A stretch of 64,000 bases of DNA from an uncultured virus (IMG/VR IMGVR_UViG_3300047157_000084) (IMGVR_UViG_3300047157_000084), one strand, 5' to 3'. Positions 11,481 to 23,998 are shown, counted from the stretch's first letter. Notes: generated by a model not told the origin, from the letters alone. Translations and numbers: made by a program.

Positions 11481-13201
11481 TTAGCCATCACAACTCAAAC
11501 ACTCTTCACTAGTTGCACTTGCAGCTATATCTCCTCTAAGTACCGATTCGGTACGCATATAATACAAAGTTTTAATACCTTTCTTCCAAGCATCTAAATG
11601 AACCTTGTTTATAAACTTAGGTTCTGCTTCAGATGGAAATGCTAAATTCAAACTAACACTTTGATCTATATACTGTTGTCGTATACCAGCTTGATTAATT
11701 AGCTCTAGCTGATTTATTTCTTTGAAAGTTCTGAAGACTTCTTTGAGCGGTATATCGTGATCGCCCAATGTAATTTTCTCTAATGCTTTTACGTCCTGCA
11801 CCGAGCCCCCGTCCTTTAAGATTTGGTCCCATATTGTTTTATTGTTTAAATTATTATCGTTTAATACTTTTTCTAAAGTAGGGTTTTTACGTATGAACGT
11901 ACCTTTTGCAGATTGATCTGTAAACACGTTAGCAGCCCAAGGCTCAATTCCAGGACTAATATTCCCAGATAACTTACTGTTGCTAACAGTAGGAGCAATA
12001 GCTCTAAGATGAGTGTTCCTAAATCCGGTGCCAACACACCAAAGCGGCTCGTTAAATGCTTCAGCCAGCGCCATGCTCGCTCTTTCCGATTCAATTTTAA
12101 TTGTGAAAATATTCTTCTTGTTTCATATTGTGCTAATAATCCTTCAAAAGGTAAACCTTTTTGTTGTAAATATGTATGCCATCCGACTACACCAAGACCT
12201 AATGCTCTACCTTTTTCAGCAGATCTTACGGCGTTTTCGAACCCTCTTCTATTTTTTGCTTTTTGTATAAACTCTTCTAATACTCCATCTAAAAACCATA
12301 TACTATCATATATTAAATTAGAGTTTTTCCATTCATGATATTTAGATAAATTTAAACTAGACAAACAACATATGAAACTATGGTTCTCATCTGTATGTAA
12401 TGTAATTTCACTACATATGTTTGTCATATGCACTTTTAATGCATTATCCTTATAAGCTGAAGGGTTGTTTTTATTAACATTACCCTTAAACATAATATAA
12501 GGTTCTCCTGTTGCTTTACGTTTCTGTAATAACTTACCCCATTTACGTCTAGAAACTTTATCTCCATCTCTAAGCTTTCTCATAAACTTATCACCAACTA
12601 CAGCACATTGATGTAGATTAAGTGATTGTCTATTTACATCTCCTTTTGGTTCTCTTATTTCTAACCAGTCTTCAAAATCTGGGTGCTCAATGTTTATATT
12701 AACAGAGGCAGCACCTCTTCTTACAGATCCTTGATTTGTTGCTAGTATTGTAGAATCATATATTTTACAAAAAGGTACAACACCATCTGATGTACCATTA
12801 CCTGTTATATTAGCGCCAGCAGGTCTAATTTGATTTATACCTATACCAACACCACCACCGTGTTTAGCCAATAACATCATCTCTAGATTTTTTTGACCTA
12901 TATCAATTATGCTATCAGCAACATCAATACCAAAACAACTTATTGGAAAACCTTTATCAGTACCAGTATTACTAAGCACAGGACTAGCAAGACAGAGCCA
13001 ACCTTTCCAGATGTAATCAAAAAAGATGTCCTCCATCTCTTTTTTCTGTAATCTATTCGCAACTGTTTTAGCAACTCTTCTGTACGCTTGTCTTGGTGTT
13101 TCATCTTCTAATAAATATCCTCCTTGTATTGTTTTCTTATATACGTCGGACTCCGCCCAACTTGGGTAATCTACCCCTTTTTTCCATCTATTGCTCCACA
13201 T
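11481..13201 (-). CDS. nrdA: Ribonucleotide reductase class Ia alpha subunit (one indel near 12080-12100)
   Basis: SPVLSN, ISCF, GGGVG, TNICSEI, RALGLG, AIAPTVSNS, DQSVSLN, KTLYY, C-terminal CLSCDG. Confidence 0.95.
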
Positions 13202-13202
13202 A

Positions 13203-13457
13203 TTATAAAGTTATTAAGTGTTTTATCCATGCAACTAAACCATTAAGGTTTAATGCTACTAAATTCCATTGTTTTCTTGATCCTGTTTGAATCATAACGC
13301 AAACAAAGCCGAGTATGTATAGCACTGGTTCTAGCGTCCATTGAGCAGCAATTAAAAACCCTGCACCCATATAACCAATCCTAGTAGCTATACGCTCACT
13401 CGGTTTTAATTTTCGTTTTCTTTCTACTAAAAATCTTCTTATCTTGTAGTTTACCAT
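13203..13457 (-). CDS. Small membrane protein inserted between nrdB and nrdA
   Basis: Hydrophobic segments; tightly abutting neighbours. Confidence 0.55.
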   Translation of the reverse strand: MVNYKIRRFLVERKRKLKPSERIATRIGYMGAGFLIAAQWTLEPVLYILGFVCVMIQTGSRKQWNLVALNLNGLVAWIKHLITL

Positions 13458-14422
13458 ACGTCTTCGAAATCTTCTCCTTCATTTGCTTTACTATAGTCAG
13501 TTGACCTAATCGCGAAAAAATCAGTGTGGGTATGACCCCCAGTAAGATGATAGAACCAATCCAAATTATTCGCTGCTTCTTCGTCATATGAGAAGTACGA
13601 TCCGAGATCCAAGTAACCAAGTTCTTGTAGTTTTTCATTTGTTCTTTTTCTTATAAACTGTTTAAGGTCATAAGATTTAATACCTTCAATATCACCCATT
13701 TCAAACATCTTATCTATATATTTTTCTTCTAAGCATCGATCATTATCTTAGCAGCATCTATAATATCTTCTTACAGTCTTGTAAAAGATTTTTATCTTCT
13801 TCACACATGTGTCTAAATAATTGACAACCCATTTTACTGTGTAATGATTCATCTCTTACAGACCATTTCATTTGTTGGCCAATACCTTTAAGTAAATTAC
13901 GTAACTGAAAACTATACAGAACGGCAAAAGCAGAGTATAAAGAAACTCCTTCTGCGAAAGCAGAGAAAACAGCCAATGACTTTGCGATACCAGTTCTATC
14001 CTTGCCATCATATGCAACAAGGTTATCAAAACGCTCAGCCGTAGCTGGTTCATGAAGAAACGCCTCATAAGTCTTCTAATTTTAATGTTTCATTTAAATA
14101 ACTATATGCTACAGCATGCACATTGTTTCTTGTGAGCCAAACATCATAGCCATTTGTTGTATCTCGTGTTTGGAAACCACGATACTACTTTCTGTGTCCA
14201 GTAATCACTTACTGCACATTCAGTCTGAGCAAAACCTAGTAGTATGTTTCCTACTAGGTTTTTCTCTTTAACAGTTAAAGACTCGTTCCAGTCTTTAACA
14301 TCTCCACTCATTGGTATCTCAGTATGTAACCAAAATGCTTGAGCTTGTTTTAACCAACCCTCTGTATAATACTCAGGGTACTCAAAAGGTTTATACGCTA
14401 TTCGTTCGTCAAATAATCCCAT
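13451..14422 (-). CDS. nrdB: Ribonucleotide reductase class Ia beta subunit (several indels)
   Basis: FWLHTEIPMSGDVKDW, AEGVSLYSAF, RDESLH, TDFFAIRSTDY fragments in successive frames. Confidence 0.9.
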
Positions 14423-14561
14423 ATTTATAATATAAAGTTAAACAAATATCAAATATACCAACGTAAAAACGTGATCTATTTTATTCACCATCTGGATACT
14501 GTCTGTAGCCAAATAAAAGCCCATTAAAAAGGCCAAAACTTAATTCCCAATTACTTTTCAT

Positions 14562-15008
14562 TTATTTTTTTTATTAGTTCTACAGTCATATCACACTCTT
14601 TCTGGTTTTGAGGTTTATACAAAGTAAAAGGTCCTACTCTATCACTTGCCATTAGCGGCTTTTAAATAATTTCCATCTCATTGGAAAAGACTCGTTAGCT
14701 CTACCTTTAGTTTCAATTATAAAACCTTTACCAATAAAGTCTGGTGTGTATTTTATATTTAAAATTTTCTTATTACCTCTATTTTTGTAATCACCTTTAC
14801 CGTTGCCACATCTTTCATATGCTTCAAAAGGAAAATCAAAACCCTCTACTAGTTCAAACGTTTGTCCTTCGTAAAGAGCTTTAATGTTTGCCTTTTTTAA
14901 AGCCATATACATATAACGCTCTAGCCCTGATGCAAACGTTATCCCGTCGTAAGTTATTTTTTTAGACTGTACAGGACCTCTTTTTCTTTTATAAAATTTC
15001 TTCTTCAT
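14562..15008 (-). CDS. PD-(D/E)XK endonuclease, T7 endonuclease I-like resolvase (indel near 14650)
   Basis: FASGLE, YTPDF, IIETKG motifs. Confidence 0.75.
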
Positions 15009-15276
15009 TGACGTCTATATTAGTTACATCTGCTGTGAATCTTTTATAGGCTACTTCTTCTATTTCATCATTTAAACATCTTTTAGCTGCTTGTATATAC
15101 AACAATCGCATCCATTAATTCTTCTTGTACATCAACTAGAAAACGATTAAGATCTTTTTCTTGACCTTTTGTATCTCTTGCATCATTGTTGACCATATTT
15201 TTTTTGGCCTATTAAACTACGTTCGTCCATCTTCCTAAGTACTTGTTGAACTATTTGTCTTCTGTTTTAATCTCAT
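14989..15276 (-). CDS. Small helical protein with KKYG and QEELMD motifs (possibly MazG-superfamily-like; frameshifted)
   Basis: Manual translation across indels. Confidence 0.4.
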
Positions 15277-15818
15277 CTTTAACAAATGTTCCGTTAATCA
15301 TTTTACCAGTTCTTTTATTTATCACATCATATGCTGTTGCTATACACGTTTCAATTTTAACACCTTCTAAATGCGCTAAGTTTGTAATACTACAACTATA
15401 TCACCAATAGCATCTATAACTTCTGGTTTATCTTTTTTAACAAAGCTTTTGCAAGTTCTCCAGCTTCTTCTTGTAGTTTAACATATTGCGTGTGTGAATT
15501 ACCCTTATCGTATAATCCTCTATCTGATGCCCAGTCTCTAATGTAAATCAAACATTTTGACACTTATCAGAGCATTTAACTCTAGTTTAGGATTTTTCTG
15601 AAAGTTATAATAGCTTTATTATATACATAACTTCTATCTGTTATTAAACATAGATGTTTTAACGTTTTTCATAATCCAATTACCATGTCTGTTGTTAATT
15701 TAAATTACCAAATTCATCGTGTTTCCACGTCATACCAATGTTATCCAAACAGTTGTCCTTTAAGCTTGTTCACAGGACAAGGGAAAGTTGTGGTTTGTTC
15801 AGTTACGTTTATCTTCAT
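15270..15818 (-). CDS. MazG-like all-alpha NTP pyrophosphohydrolase with N-terminal extension (frameshifted)
   Basis: IRDWASDRGLYDKG...QYVKLQEEAGELAKA...IDAIGDIVV...AYDVINKRTGKMINGTFVK. Confidence 0.75.
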
Positions 15819-16037
15819 ATCTTTTTTGGTTTAAGGTTTTTATAAGGTACCAGATCTACTCTGTACCCATATTCTCTTTGTCTTTCTAGCTCTAAACAAG
15901 ATATATAATCTATATCTTCTGAGCTATCTAATATCTCATATTCATCAGGTCATATCCTTGTTGAACTGTGACCCGGTTATTAAGATCACAGGTAACACCG
16001 ATTTTTTTACCTGGAATATGATAAAATAATATGTCAT
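15815..16037 (-). CDS. Small protein, GIY-YIG-like N-terminus (frameshifted)
   Basis: MTYYLYHIPGKKIGVTCDLNNRV resembles Y-x-Y...K-I-G-x-T-x-D-L-x-x-R. Confidence 0.4.
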
Positions 16038-16675
16038 AATTTATCGTTGTATAAATGCATGTTGTGTGCGTGATGATAATACCATCCGACGTCAATAGAC
16101 AGTCTCTCTGCAATCATTTTCTGTAATGATGAAAATTGATATTGATCGTTACAGAAACCGTACCAGATGTCGTTAGAACGCATATAAACAGACATACATA
16201 GTTTATTATTAATTATTGTAAATTGTACTGCGTAAGTACAAGGCGTATCTTTACGATACTTCTCAAACTCTTTGCAGTCATATATACTAATAGCAGCGTG
16301 TCTAGTGTTAGGGTTATCTTTTAGTTTAGCAACCACATAATCTATTTGATTGTTACGTTGCCATTGATAACCGTAATTACTATTTACATTTCTATCACTA
16401 TTAGCCATTTTTTCCCATATAGGTGGAACCTTACCGTATAATTCACCTAGCTTGTCTATACTAGGATCGCCTGATAAGTACCATTGCCATTCAGCTTCTG
16501 CATATTCGTGAGACCATTTTCTATACTTGTTTTTAATATGATTGTCTAATGGATCTTCTATTGTAAAGCCTACATTAAACAAAGCTTTAGTATCGTCAAA
16601 GTCTACACCTTCTACTCTTAACTCATGTAGTATACAGTTGAATGCTTCGTTTGCTGTTAAAAATTTAGTTCGCAT
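16034..16675 (-). CDS. Thymidylate-synthase-fold enzyme, probable dCMP hydroxymethylase/methylase (T4 gp42-like)
   Basis: Catalytic PCT; RSNDIWYGFCND has Asp at the position of TS Asn177; NSNYG, PPIW and EWQWY motifs; likely start ATG 16675. Confidence 0.8.
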   Translation of the reverse strand: MRTKFLTANEAFNCILHELRVEGVDFDDTKALFNVGFTIEDPLDNHIKNKYRKWSHEYAEAEWQWYLSGDPSIDKLGELYGKVPPIWEKMANSDRNVNSNYGYQWQRNNQIDYVVAKLKDNPNTRHAAISIYDCKEFEKYRKDTPCTYAVQFTIINNKLCMSVYMRSNDIWYGFCNDQYQFSSLQKMIAERLSIDVGWYYHHAHNMHLYNDKL

Positions 16676-16910
16676 ATTTTTCGTAATAATATTTGTAATA
16701 ATTAAATATAACCTCCCATAGCTCTCTGGAATCATAATACTTTGGTGATCTATTGATCTTACCATTTATCTGTATATCTATATACCAGCTCATAAAGTTT
16801 TCTTTACAAAACGGAGATATATATATTCCATTATTTATACACCAGTGATAGCATTTAAACTCGTAGCTATCAAATGAGTATGAGGGCTCTTTCTTTTTGC
16901 TTTTTCTCAT
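16665..16910 (-). CDS. Hypothetical protein
   Basis: ORF packed between helicase and TS-fold gene. Confidence 0.5.
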   Translation of the reverse strand: MRKSKKKEPSYSFDSYEFKCYHWCINNGIYISPFCKENFMSWYIDIQINGKINRSPKYYDSRELWEVIFNYYKYYYEKYAN

Positions 16911-18635
16911 GCTTCCCAAGGCATAGGCTCAGTTTCATCTACAGCGTTAATCTGAGGTATAAATGAACCTGATCTAGGTTCCCACGTAAAAAACGATTCA
17001 GCGCCGTTTTCACCTAGGTTTTGAAACTTACATTTTAATACTTTTACTTTAGTATTTTTAGCTTCATAATCTCTATGTACTAATAAGCCGTGATAACTAG
17101 CATCATACCATTCACCACCACCTTTTATATTATACATTGTAGGTTCTTCAATTTTACCATCTTGGCCTTTATACATCTTAGTTGGATGTGCTACTATAAA
17201 CGTTAAAACGTCATACTTTTTACAAAAGGCTTCTATCTTTGCTAGATAATCCATAGTATATCTATTAACATCATCTGAAACTGCATTTGTATCTCTTACT
17301 TTATTATAAGGATCAATAACTAAACATTTAATACCTTTACGTTTAACAAGCTCAGCGCCTTTACGTAATACTGATTCTAAACTATATTTATCCATATCTA
17401 TAAAATAATAATTATCATTAACATGATCTGATACTTCTTTCCATTTACCACCACCTATATCACTAGGAGAAGGCATATCACCCCAGGCTTACGCATAAGC
17501 TTGTGAGCGTGTAAATATATTGGTTGCGTTTTCTGGACTAGCAAAAGCTGTCTTCCAACCATATTGTTTATTATAACCTACAACCATTTGATCAACAAAG
17601 TCAGACTTTCCGCTACTAGGTATCCCAGTAACAGTAATGAACTGACCAGTGTAAGTACTGAAAAACATCGTCAAAGTTTTTAAGACCAACTTGAAAGCCA
17701 GGTTTAAAACCATTTTTAACAAAGTCTTTAAGTTCATTTTCTATATTTTTAATGTTGTTACATTTTCTAATGGTACTTGTTGCGGCGTGTATAGCATACT
17801 TTAAAGCATCTTTACCGTGTTTAATTAAATATTCATTAGCATCTTTACAGTCTACAAAATCTACTATATAACAGTTTTCAGCACCTAGCCTACGTATAAA
17901 CTCTTGCTTTAGCATTTGACCAGGTTCATCAGCATCAACAGCTAGAATTATTCTTTCTTTATCTTCAAAGTAATCTATACAATTATCTAAGATAATCTAA
18001 GTTGTTGTGATTTAACGTTGCACCGTTAGGTACAGATATTACGTTAGGCACACCAGCCTCGTGTAAAGCTAACACATCCATTTCACCTTCTACAATTATA
18101 CACGCAACTGTCATGACCTACAATACTATTAATATTATAAAATACTTTTTCAGCTCCTTTGTATAATTTAAAATTCTTTGCTACCATCACGATATTTAAC
18201 ATTGATAAGTTGATTACCCATAAAATAATTAAACTTTATTGTATTCTCAGACTTACCAGTCTGAGGCATAAACTCAGAACCTTCAGAAACGTTTAATGCT
18301 TCTAAGAGTTTTCTGAGATATTCCTCTTGACTTAAACCATTCTACAACTTTACTACTGGGTGCTTTATAAGCTTTTGAAAAACTCGGGCGAACATATTCA
18401 CGATCGCTAGCACCCTTACGTTCGTAAGTATGTAGTTGAAAAGTTGAATCACAGTTGTGACAAGTACCGAGACCACGTTCCCAATCATAAGAAGCACATT
18501 TAGCTTCTGATTCTTAGGTTTCCTGTCGTGTGAGAACACAGAGGACAAATCCCCTGTGTTTTACCCTACTTCAAGCTTGTGTTGATTGAACTCATCAATC
18601 AAAAATCCATTGATCTCTATTTCTTCTACTTGCAT
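16907..18635 (-). CDS. Primase-helicase (T7 gp4/Twinkle-like; Zn finger + TOPRIM + SF4 helicase), multiple indels
   Basis: N-terminal Cys pairs, IVEGEMDVL, SVPNGA, AVDADEPG, KDANE, Walker A GIPSSGKS, LVIDPYN, VAHPTK. Confidence 0.9.
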
Positions 18636-18663
18636 TTAATTTAATTTAATTGTTATTCTCCAT

Positions 18664-19001
18664 TTAAAATGGTAAATCGTCTGCTTGTGCATCTCACTGC
18701 TAAAAGGGTAGATCATCTTGGTGGCAGCGCAACCGGTTGCTTGAGCCTGTTGATTATCTCTTGGAGCAGCCAACGTTTTGTCGTTTGTCCAAACTACTTT
18801 ACATTACCTAAGATAAGTTTTCAGTCTTAGCATCTCTTTCTTCTTTTGATTGTTGTACAGACACAGGACCTTGATTACCGAACTGATCTAGCTCATCATT
18901 AAGGTGATAGTAATTGGTAAGTATTTACCTTTCTTACCTTGATAATTTTATCTTTAGGTATTAGCGTTAAGGTTAATACTTGTAGCTATTATACTTGCCA
19001 T
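18664..19001 (-). CDS. Probable single-stranded DNA-binding protein with acidic DDLPF tail
   Basis: GKKGKYL, DQFGN, YLGN motifs and DDLPF* terminus (encoded twice in tandem). Confidence 0.7.
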
Positions 19002-19177
19002 ATTAATAAGTATTTAATTGGTTAAACATTCTAGACATCTGGCTTTGTAGCACCAGTGCCTCTTCTTAAATTATCAACAGCTTTTACATGTGATTGATTT
19101 GTGTAAAAATTGTTTACACTGTTGTAACGCCTGTTACGTCACAAGTTCTTTTTCTTGTTCTTGCCATATTTATTATA

Positions 19178-19908
19178 TTAAAGTGTTTTACTTATGAAAT
19201 ATTGTTTAGGATCAAAACCCTCGGATTTATAGAACAGCTCATAAGCTTTTTCTGCTCTATCTACCTTGTCTTTACCTTTTTCGTAAAACTCACTGAACAG
19301 TCAAATATACCTATTTGATGTGTTGTTTTGTCTATTACAATAAAAACCATATCATAGCCAAATAGTTTTCTGTATATGTATGCTTGTGAATCGTAGTTAT
19401 ATTTTGAAGCTGACCAGCGAAACTTATTTATATCTGCTGTAGTTTTAAATCAATAACTAATTTGTCTTCATGATTAACAATATCAGCTTTACCTTTCCAC
19501 ATATATTCACCTAGCTTTTTTACAGCTGGTACTTCGTAATCTATATTATTACCTTGTATTAAGCTTTTACAAACTTCATTGCTCATCATTTTATCTGACA
19601 TTAATTCTATACGATCAACTTCATGTTGTAATAAACATAATTCACCACCTGACATTTCTTTATATACTTTAGTATTTCTACTTGATGATTGTATTATCTT
19701 TAACTTCTTAAGCTTATCTGGCTCAAGTATACAAGTATGAAAATAACCACCTACAAGAAATGCTGATGCTAGGTTTACTTGGTTTACCAAACGCTAATGG
19801 GTTAGTAAGTAGTGTACCTATATCTGAATTACTTAGGTATTTCCTACCAAAAGCTCCATAATAATCTTCATCATTTCTAGCTTTTTTAGGATCTTCTTTT
19901 TTAGTCAT
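19178..19908 (-). CDS. PD-(D/E)XK exonuclease, RecE/ExoVIII-like (frameshifted)
   Basis: YLSNSDI, GGYFHTCILEP, WKGKADI, VIDLK, YNYDSQAYIY. Confidence 0.75.
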
Positions 19909-19909
19909 A

Positions 19910-20415
19910 CTATAATGTTATTTGTTTTTCTATTTCAGGAGTTACATTATATTTCTTCTTGATTGCATCCAGTTTACCGCCTTTTTGTACAAAGTCTTTA
20001 GCTTTCTGTATTCGCGTTCATAGTTAAACCATGAGTATTTGTGCATCACTATCTGCAGTGTCATCAATTAAAAATAAATTTCCTAAAGCATATTTCTTCC
20101 CATAAGAGATGCAGCACCAAACTTTTGAGGCATTTGCATACCTTTTTGATCTAAGATCTACACCTACTAAAGCGGTTGCGTGTATAGCAGTTTTGCCATC
20201 GTGTATAGTAGCAGTTGATTCTATAATTGGAAACGTAGTGTTGTCAATTAATGTTTCATCAACTTTTACTGATACGCCTATTCTAGTAAATAGGGTTTGT
20301 TGCTTCTAAGAATGTCTTCGGCTGATCGGAAGTTGTATTTGCCGAATGAGTTAAATCTACTTTTTTTCGATTTAAACTTTGTCTGGATCTGAGCCAGTTT
20401 TTCATTTAAAGTCAT
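19910..20415 (-). CDS. ERF-family ssDNA annealing recombinase (frameshifted)
   Basis: FGKYNFRSAEDI and QKFGAASSYGKKYALGNLFLIDD..DSD motifs. Confidence 0.8.
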
Positions 20416-20440
20416 ATTTAATTTAATTTAGTCTATATAT

Positions 20441-20469
20441 ATAATTACACATTAGTGAACACCATTTAA
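20441..20469 (-). promoter_or_regulatory. Putative class II phage promoter upstream of ERF/replication genes
   Basis: Reverse strand TTAAA-N16-GTAATTAT in the intergenic gap. Confidence 0.45.
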
Positions 20470-20488
20470 TTATTATTCACTCCATAAC

Positions 20489-21265
20489 CTAAAGATAATC
20501 AAGCACTTGCGAGTGATCTACATTATCTATTAAGCTTTTTACAGCTTGCTTTTTTAACTGCGAAACTCTAACATAAGAGCTAGACCTTCGTATACTTTAA
20601 TTCTGCTGCAATTTGCTTTAGCAATATGCTTATCACAGTCTAAACCGTAGCTTAATCTTAATACTTCATATTCTTTTTCATTTAAATATTTTCTCATTAA
20701 ACCTTTTAAATAAGTGTTTAATAATGCCATATTGTATGGTTCAGATTTATCAGGTATTTGATACATCATATCTTCATCTCATTTTAGGTTTTTCATCTAT
20801 ACTTAAAAATATAGAATTAAAAAACATTTCAACCATCTTTTTATCTTTACCAAAGTTTCTACGTATTTCATTTAGCTTATGTTCAGGTATTCTCATGTCT
20901 CCACGATTAATATCTATTGCTCTACGTATTGCCCTCTTATTCTTTTTGATAAAAAGATTTTAATGTTTTTTCTTGATCTTCAGATTCAGATAATACTGAA
21001 TAGTCTAATCTATCTACAGCTTTTGTTAAACCTGAATTACCTTCTTGTATTAAATCCATTATAGTCATTACTCCACTTGCTTGTTGTGTTGTGGAAAACT
21101 TTCTTGATAGGTTCTCTACTAAAGGTAAAAAACATATTATCATTTGCTTCTCTATTGTATATTGTAAAATCACCGTCTTTTACTTCTTAGGCAAGGTTTA
21201 TAAATACTTATCTTAATTATGTCATTTTTCCACTGAATATAATTTGCTATATTATAACTTTTCAT
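20489..21265 (-). CDS. Phage sigma-70-family sigma factor (frameshifted)
   Basis: LVENLSRKF...DLIQEGNSGLTKAVDR (region 2), AIRRAID...MRIPEH, LNEKEYEVLRLSYGL (region 4). Confidence 0.85.
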
Positions 21266-21882
21266 TTAATATTTGTTTTTCTCGTTTTAAATCATCACAC
21301 ATGTTCGATGTAAATGTTCTTGTAGAACAATTAAGTAAACCAGCTACTACTACTAATGTAATTTTTTTATTCATATCATTTAAATCTAACATGCATTGAT
21401 ATATAGCTTCTTCATCAATGTTTGATGATCTACCTATTAATTGACCTACAATTTTTAATTTTCCACTCAAGTCTAACCCAGAGTACGGTTTAAATACTAC
21501 TTTACGTAGCTTGTTTGCAGGTGGATCACCACCTTGGTTAAATACATCTTCTATCATATCATTTAATATTTTAGTTTTAATAAAAAATGTTACAAAACCA
21601 TTTTCTTTATCAGCTATAAATTTAAATATAGCATATCATCTTCTAACTGATCTTCATAATCTATCCATCTATATTTAAGATAATATAATACAAGCATGTG
21701 CCACTTTAATGATTTGTATGTAGTTATTTTAGCCTTGCTATTAAACAAGTGATAACATTGATACGTACCATCAGCGTAGTATTTATATTGTTTGGTTTCA
21801 ATAGTAGGTACATCAGTATAGGATCTCTCCTATATACGATGCGTCTATCATTTAACCATTTTATATTTCTTTCTTGTGACAT
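21252..21882 (-). CDS. Hypothetical protein with probable C-terminal HTH (regulator or replication initiator; frameshifted)
   Basis: Starts MSQERNIKW; C-terminal KITLVVVAGLLNCSTRT resembles an HTH. Confidence 0.5.
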
Positions 21883-21919
21883 TTGCCTATTACTAATTAT
21901 TCTTAATACCTTTGTCATA
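21875..21919. repeat. Dyad element copy 1 (TGTGACATT.GCCT...TACCT.TTGTCA.A)
   Basis: Shares both arms with 28816-28862; overlaps the start codon at 21882. Confidence 0.6.
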
Positions 21920-22177
21920 AAAATTAACATTAATTAATTCCATTTCTACGTTATACCATTTTCCAAGCTTTATTGATTTATCAACTAATAAATCAATTCG
22001 TGAGGTCCATCTCTTTATTCATTCTATCTTGTACGGTCCATATCCATCGAATCTGCCCGCACCTGTTACTTCTACTTTTGCGCCAAAGGTACAAACCTTC
22101 AGCTTCTAAATCTCTACTTACAGCTATCCACCTATGTCACCAGGGAACACTTCCATATTAATATGTTTACCATGCTG

Positions 22178-22736
22178 TTATAAATGTGGAGTACTATCCG
22201 TTTGTTCCGGAGTAGCATGGTATAAATTGTCGCTGTAACCAACAACATCTTTAATGTATTTAGTATCATATAGTTTTTCTTTGTTATGCGCTATATTTTT
22301 CTTCTCGTGTACGTAGTACAACCAGTACGCGTGTATAGCACAATCACGCTTATATTCATCTGGCATAGCCTGTGGTGGTTCTAAACTTACCACCTAAAGG
22401 CATACCACAGGATATTTAGCTAATGCATCTTTACATTTAGTAATTGTTAAATGTTTTTACCATATCTTTTAGTATACTCATTACCTAATGCTAACATATG
22501 ATTGATATAACCAGTAATATTTCTAGCTGTTTTGTCTACACCCATATTGTTGATGGGTGATTGTAATGAGCTTTTTTATAAGGTACCCATAGCATTGTCA
22601 TACCCAACCTCTTCAGCATAATGATGATGAGCAGTACAAAGCATTTGAGCTGATTCTAATATCATCTTTACAACATGCTTATTATATTGTACTTTGCAGC
22701 TTTTACTGGATCTTTATCTAAATAAAATATATTCAT
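22178..22736 (-). CDS. Pyrimidine-dimer DNA glycosylase-like (DenV/Pyr_excise family; frameshifted)
   Basis: MNIFYLD.DP, KHVVKMILESAQML, HYNHPSTIW, EYTKRYGKKH, PPQAMPDEYK. Confidence 0.8.
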
Positions 22737-22835
22737 TTGTATCTTTTGTTTTCTAATCTATTATAATGTTTGTCTAATAAGAGGTTTGCTACCTCTTCTG
22801 ATATTAAGTTGTCGTTGTATAATTGCCATATTAGT

Positions 22836-23711
22836 TTACTCATAATTACGTATGCATTTAAATAGCGGGTGTCTGTATGAACCTGCTTTAGTACGTTGAA
22901 AAGTAAGTAAAGGTAGCACGTTGCCAATATAATCACCAATGTTATCAGTAGCATATTAGCTAGATCCTTGTAGGTATAGCCTTTGCCCGGTGGACAACCG
23001 AACTGTTACCTTCGTCATCTTGCATTATGAACTTGCCGAGCGTGCCTGTCCTTTTACCTTTACCTAATTCATAACCTATGATAGTTGCTTCAGTATCGCT
23101 GAAGTCTTTGAATTTCATTAAGATCGTAAGACCTACCGTGCTTGTATAAGCCATCTAGCCTTATGATAGAGCCTTCGTAACCTTGATCAAGATATTCTTT
23201 GTGTAATGTTCTAGCATAATTGTAGGAATCTACGAGCTTTGCTGGAACATATTTGACACAGCATTATATATGTCTGAGGTTACTAGATTATTCATACGAG
23301 TTTGTAGCTGTCATACTGCACACCATCGAAATAATCGTAGCAATGAAACTGAGTTAGATTTTTAGCATCTAATTCTGTCTTCATCGGTAGGTTTTTGCTT
23401 ACGAACTAGTGATATAATTTTTCGAAGTCATCTTTCAGATCATGATTGTATAACTCGCCATCGAGTATAACATCAGGTTGATGAAAGAAAAATGGTTTTA
23501 AACTATCGAGTATATGTTTTATGTTTTTAAATTCTTTACCTGTTCTTGAATATGCTTTTACGCTGAACGAGGCTAAGTTTTCTTGGTCAGGAAGGTCTGA
23601 CACACGTTTTATTAGGCAGCGAACGCCGTCTAATTTAGGTTGTATATACACAGGTTGAGACCAGTCTACTCGTTTGTCGTCATACTTGTGTGCTAACATT
23701 GGTTTTATCAT
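22836..23711 (-). CDS. ATP-dependent DNA ligase (frameshifted)
   Basis: KPMLA, motif I QPKLDGVRC, LDGELY, YEGSII, LMKFK, OB-fold end RHPLFKCIRNYE*. Confidence 0.9.
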
Positions 23712-23714
23712 AGG

Positions 23715-23998
23715 TTATTTAATTTATTTTGTATTATTTCTAGTTTTCTTTTTATAATTGCTGCTTTTATGTATTCTTCTTTGTCTTCATACATTGACTA
23801 GTAGTGTATTAGTCTAGCTATTTCAGATATAAGAAACTCTTCTTCTGTTTCTTTAAATGGTACAAAGCCATTTATTATATCATTGATAGACATAGGTGTT
23901 TGAGCATGAACTTCATTTTTCATTTTATAAAGAAGTTTGTCTAGCACTAAATCTGCAATTGTATCTAACATTTTATCATCTATATTATCCAGATTCAT
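23715..23998 (-). CDS. Hypothetical protein, possible C-terminal UVR-like helix (EEYIKAAIIK)
   Basis: ORF 23798..23998 extended across an indel. Confidence 0.35.

Noticed and set aside
11873..12120. Programmed frameshift, intein or split gene in nrdA
   Set aside because: Single-base frame change with no inserted sequence, same as dozens of other indels in the window; treated as sequence error
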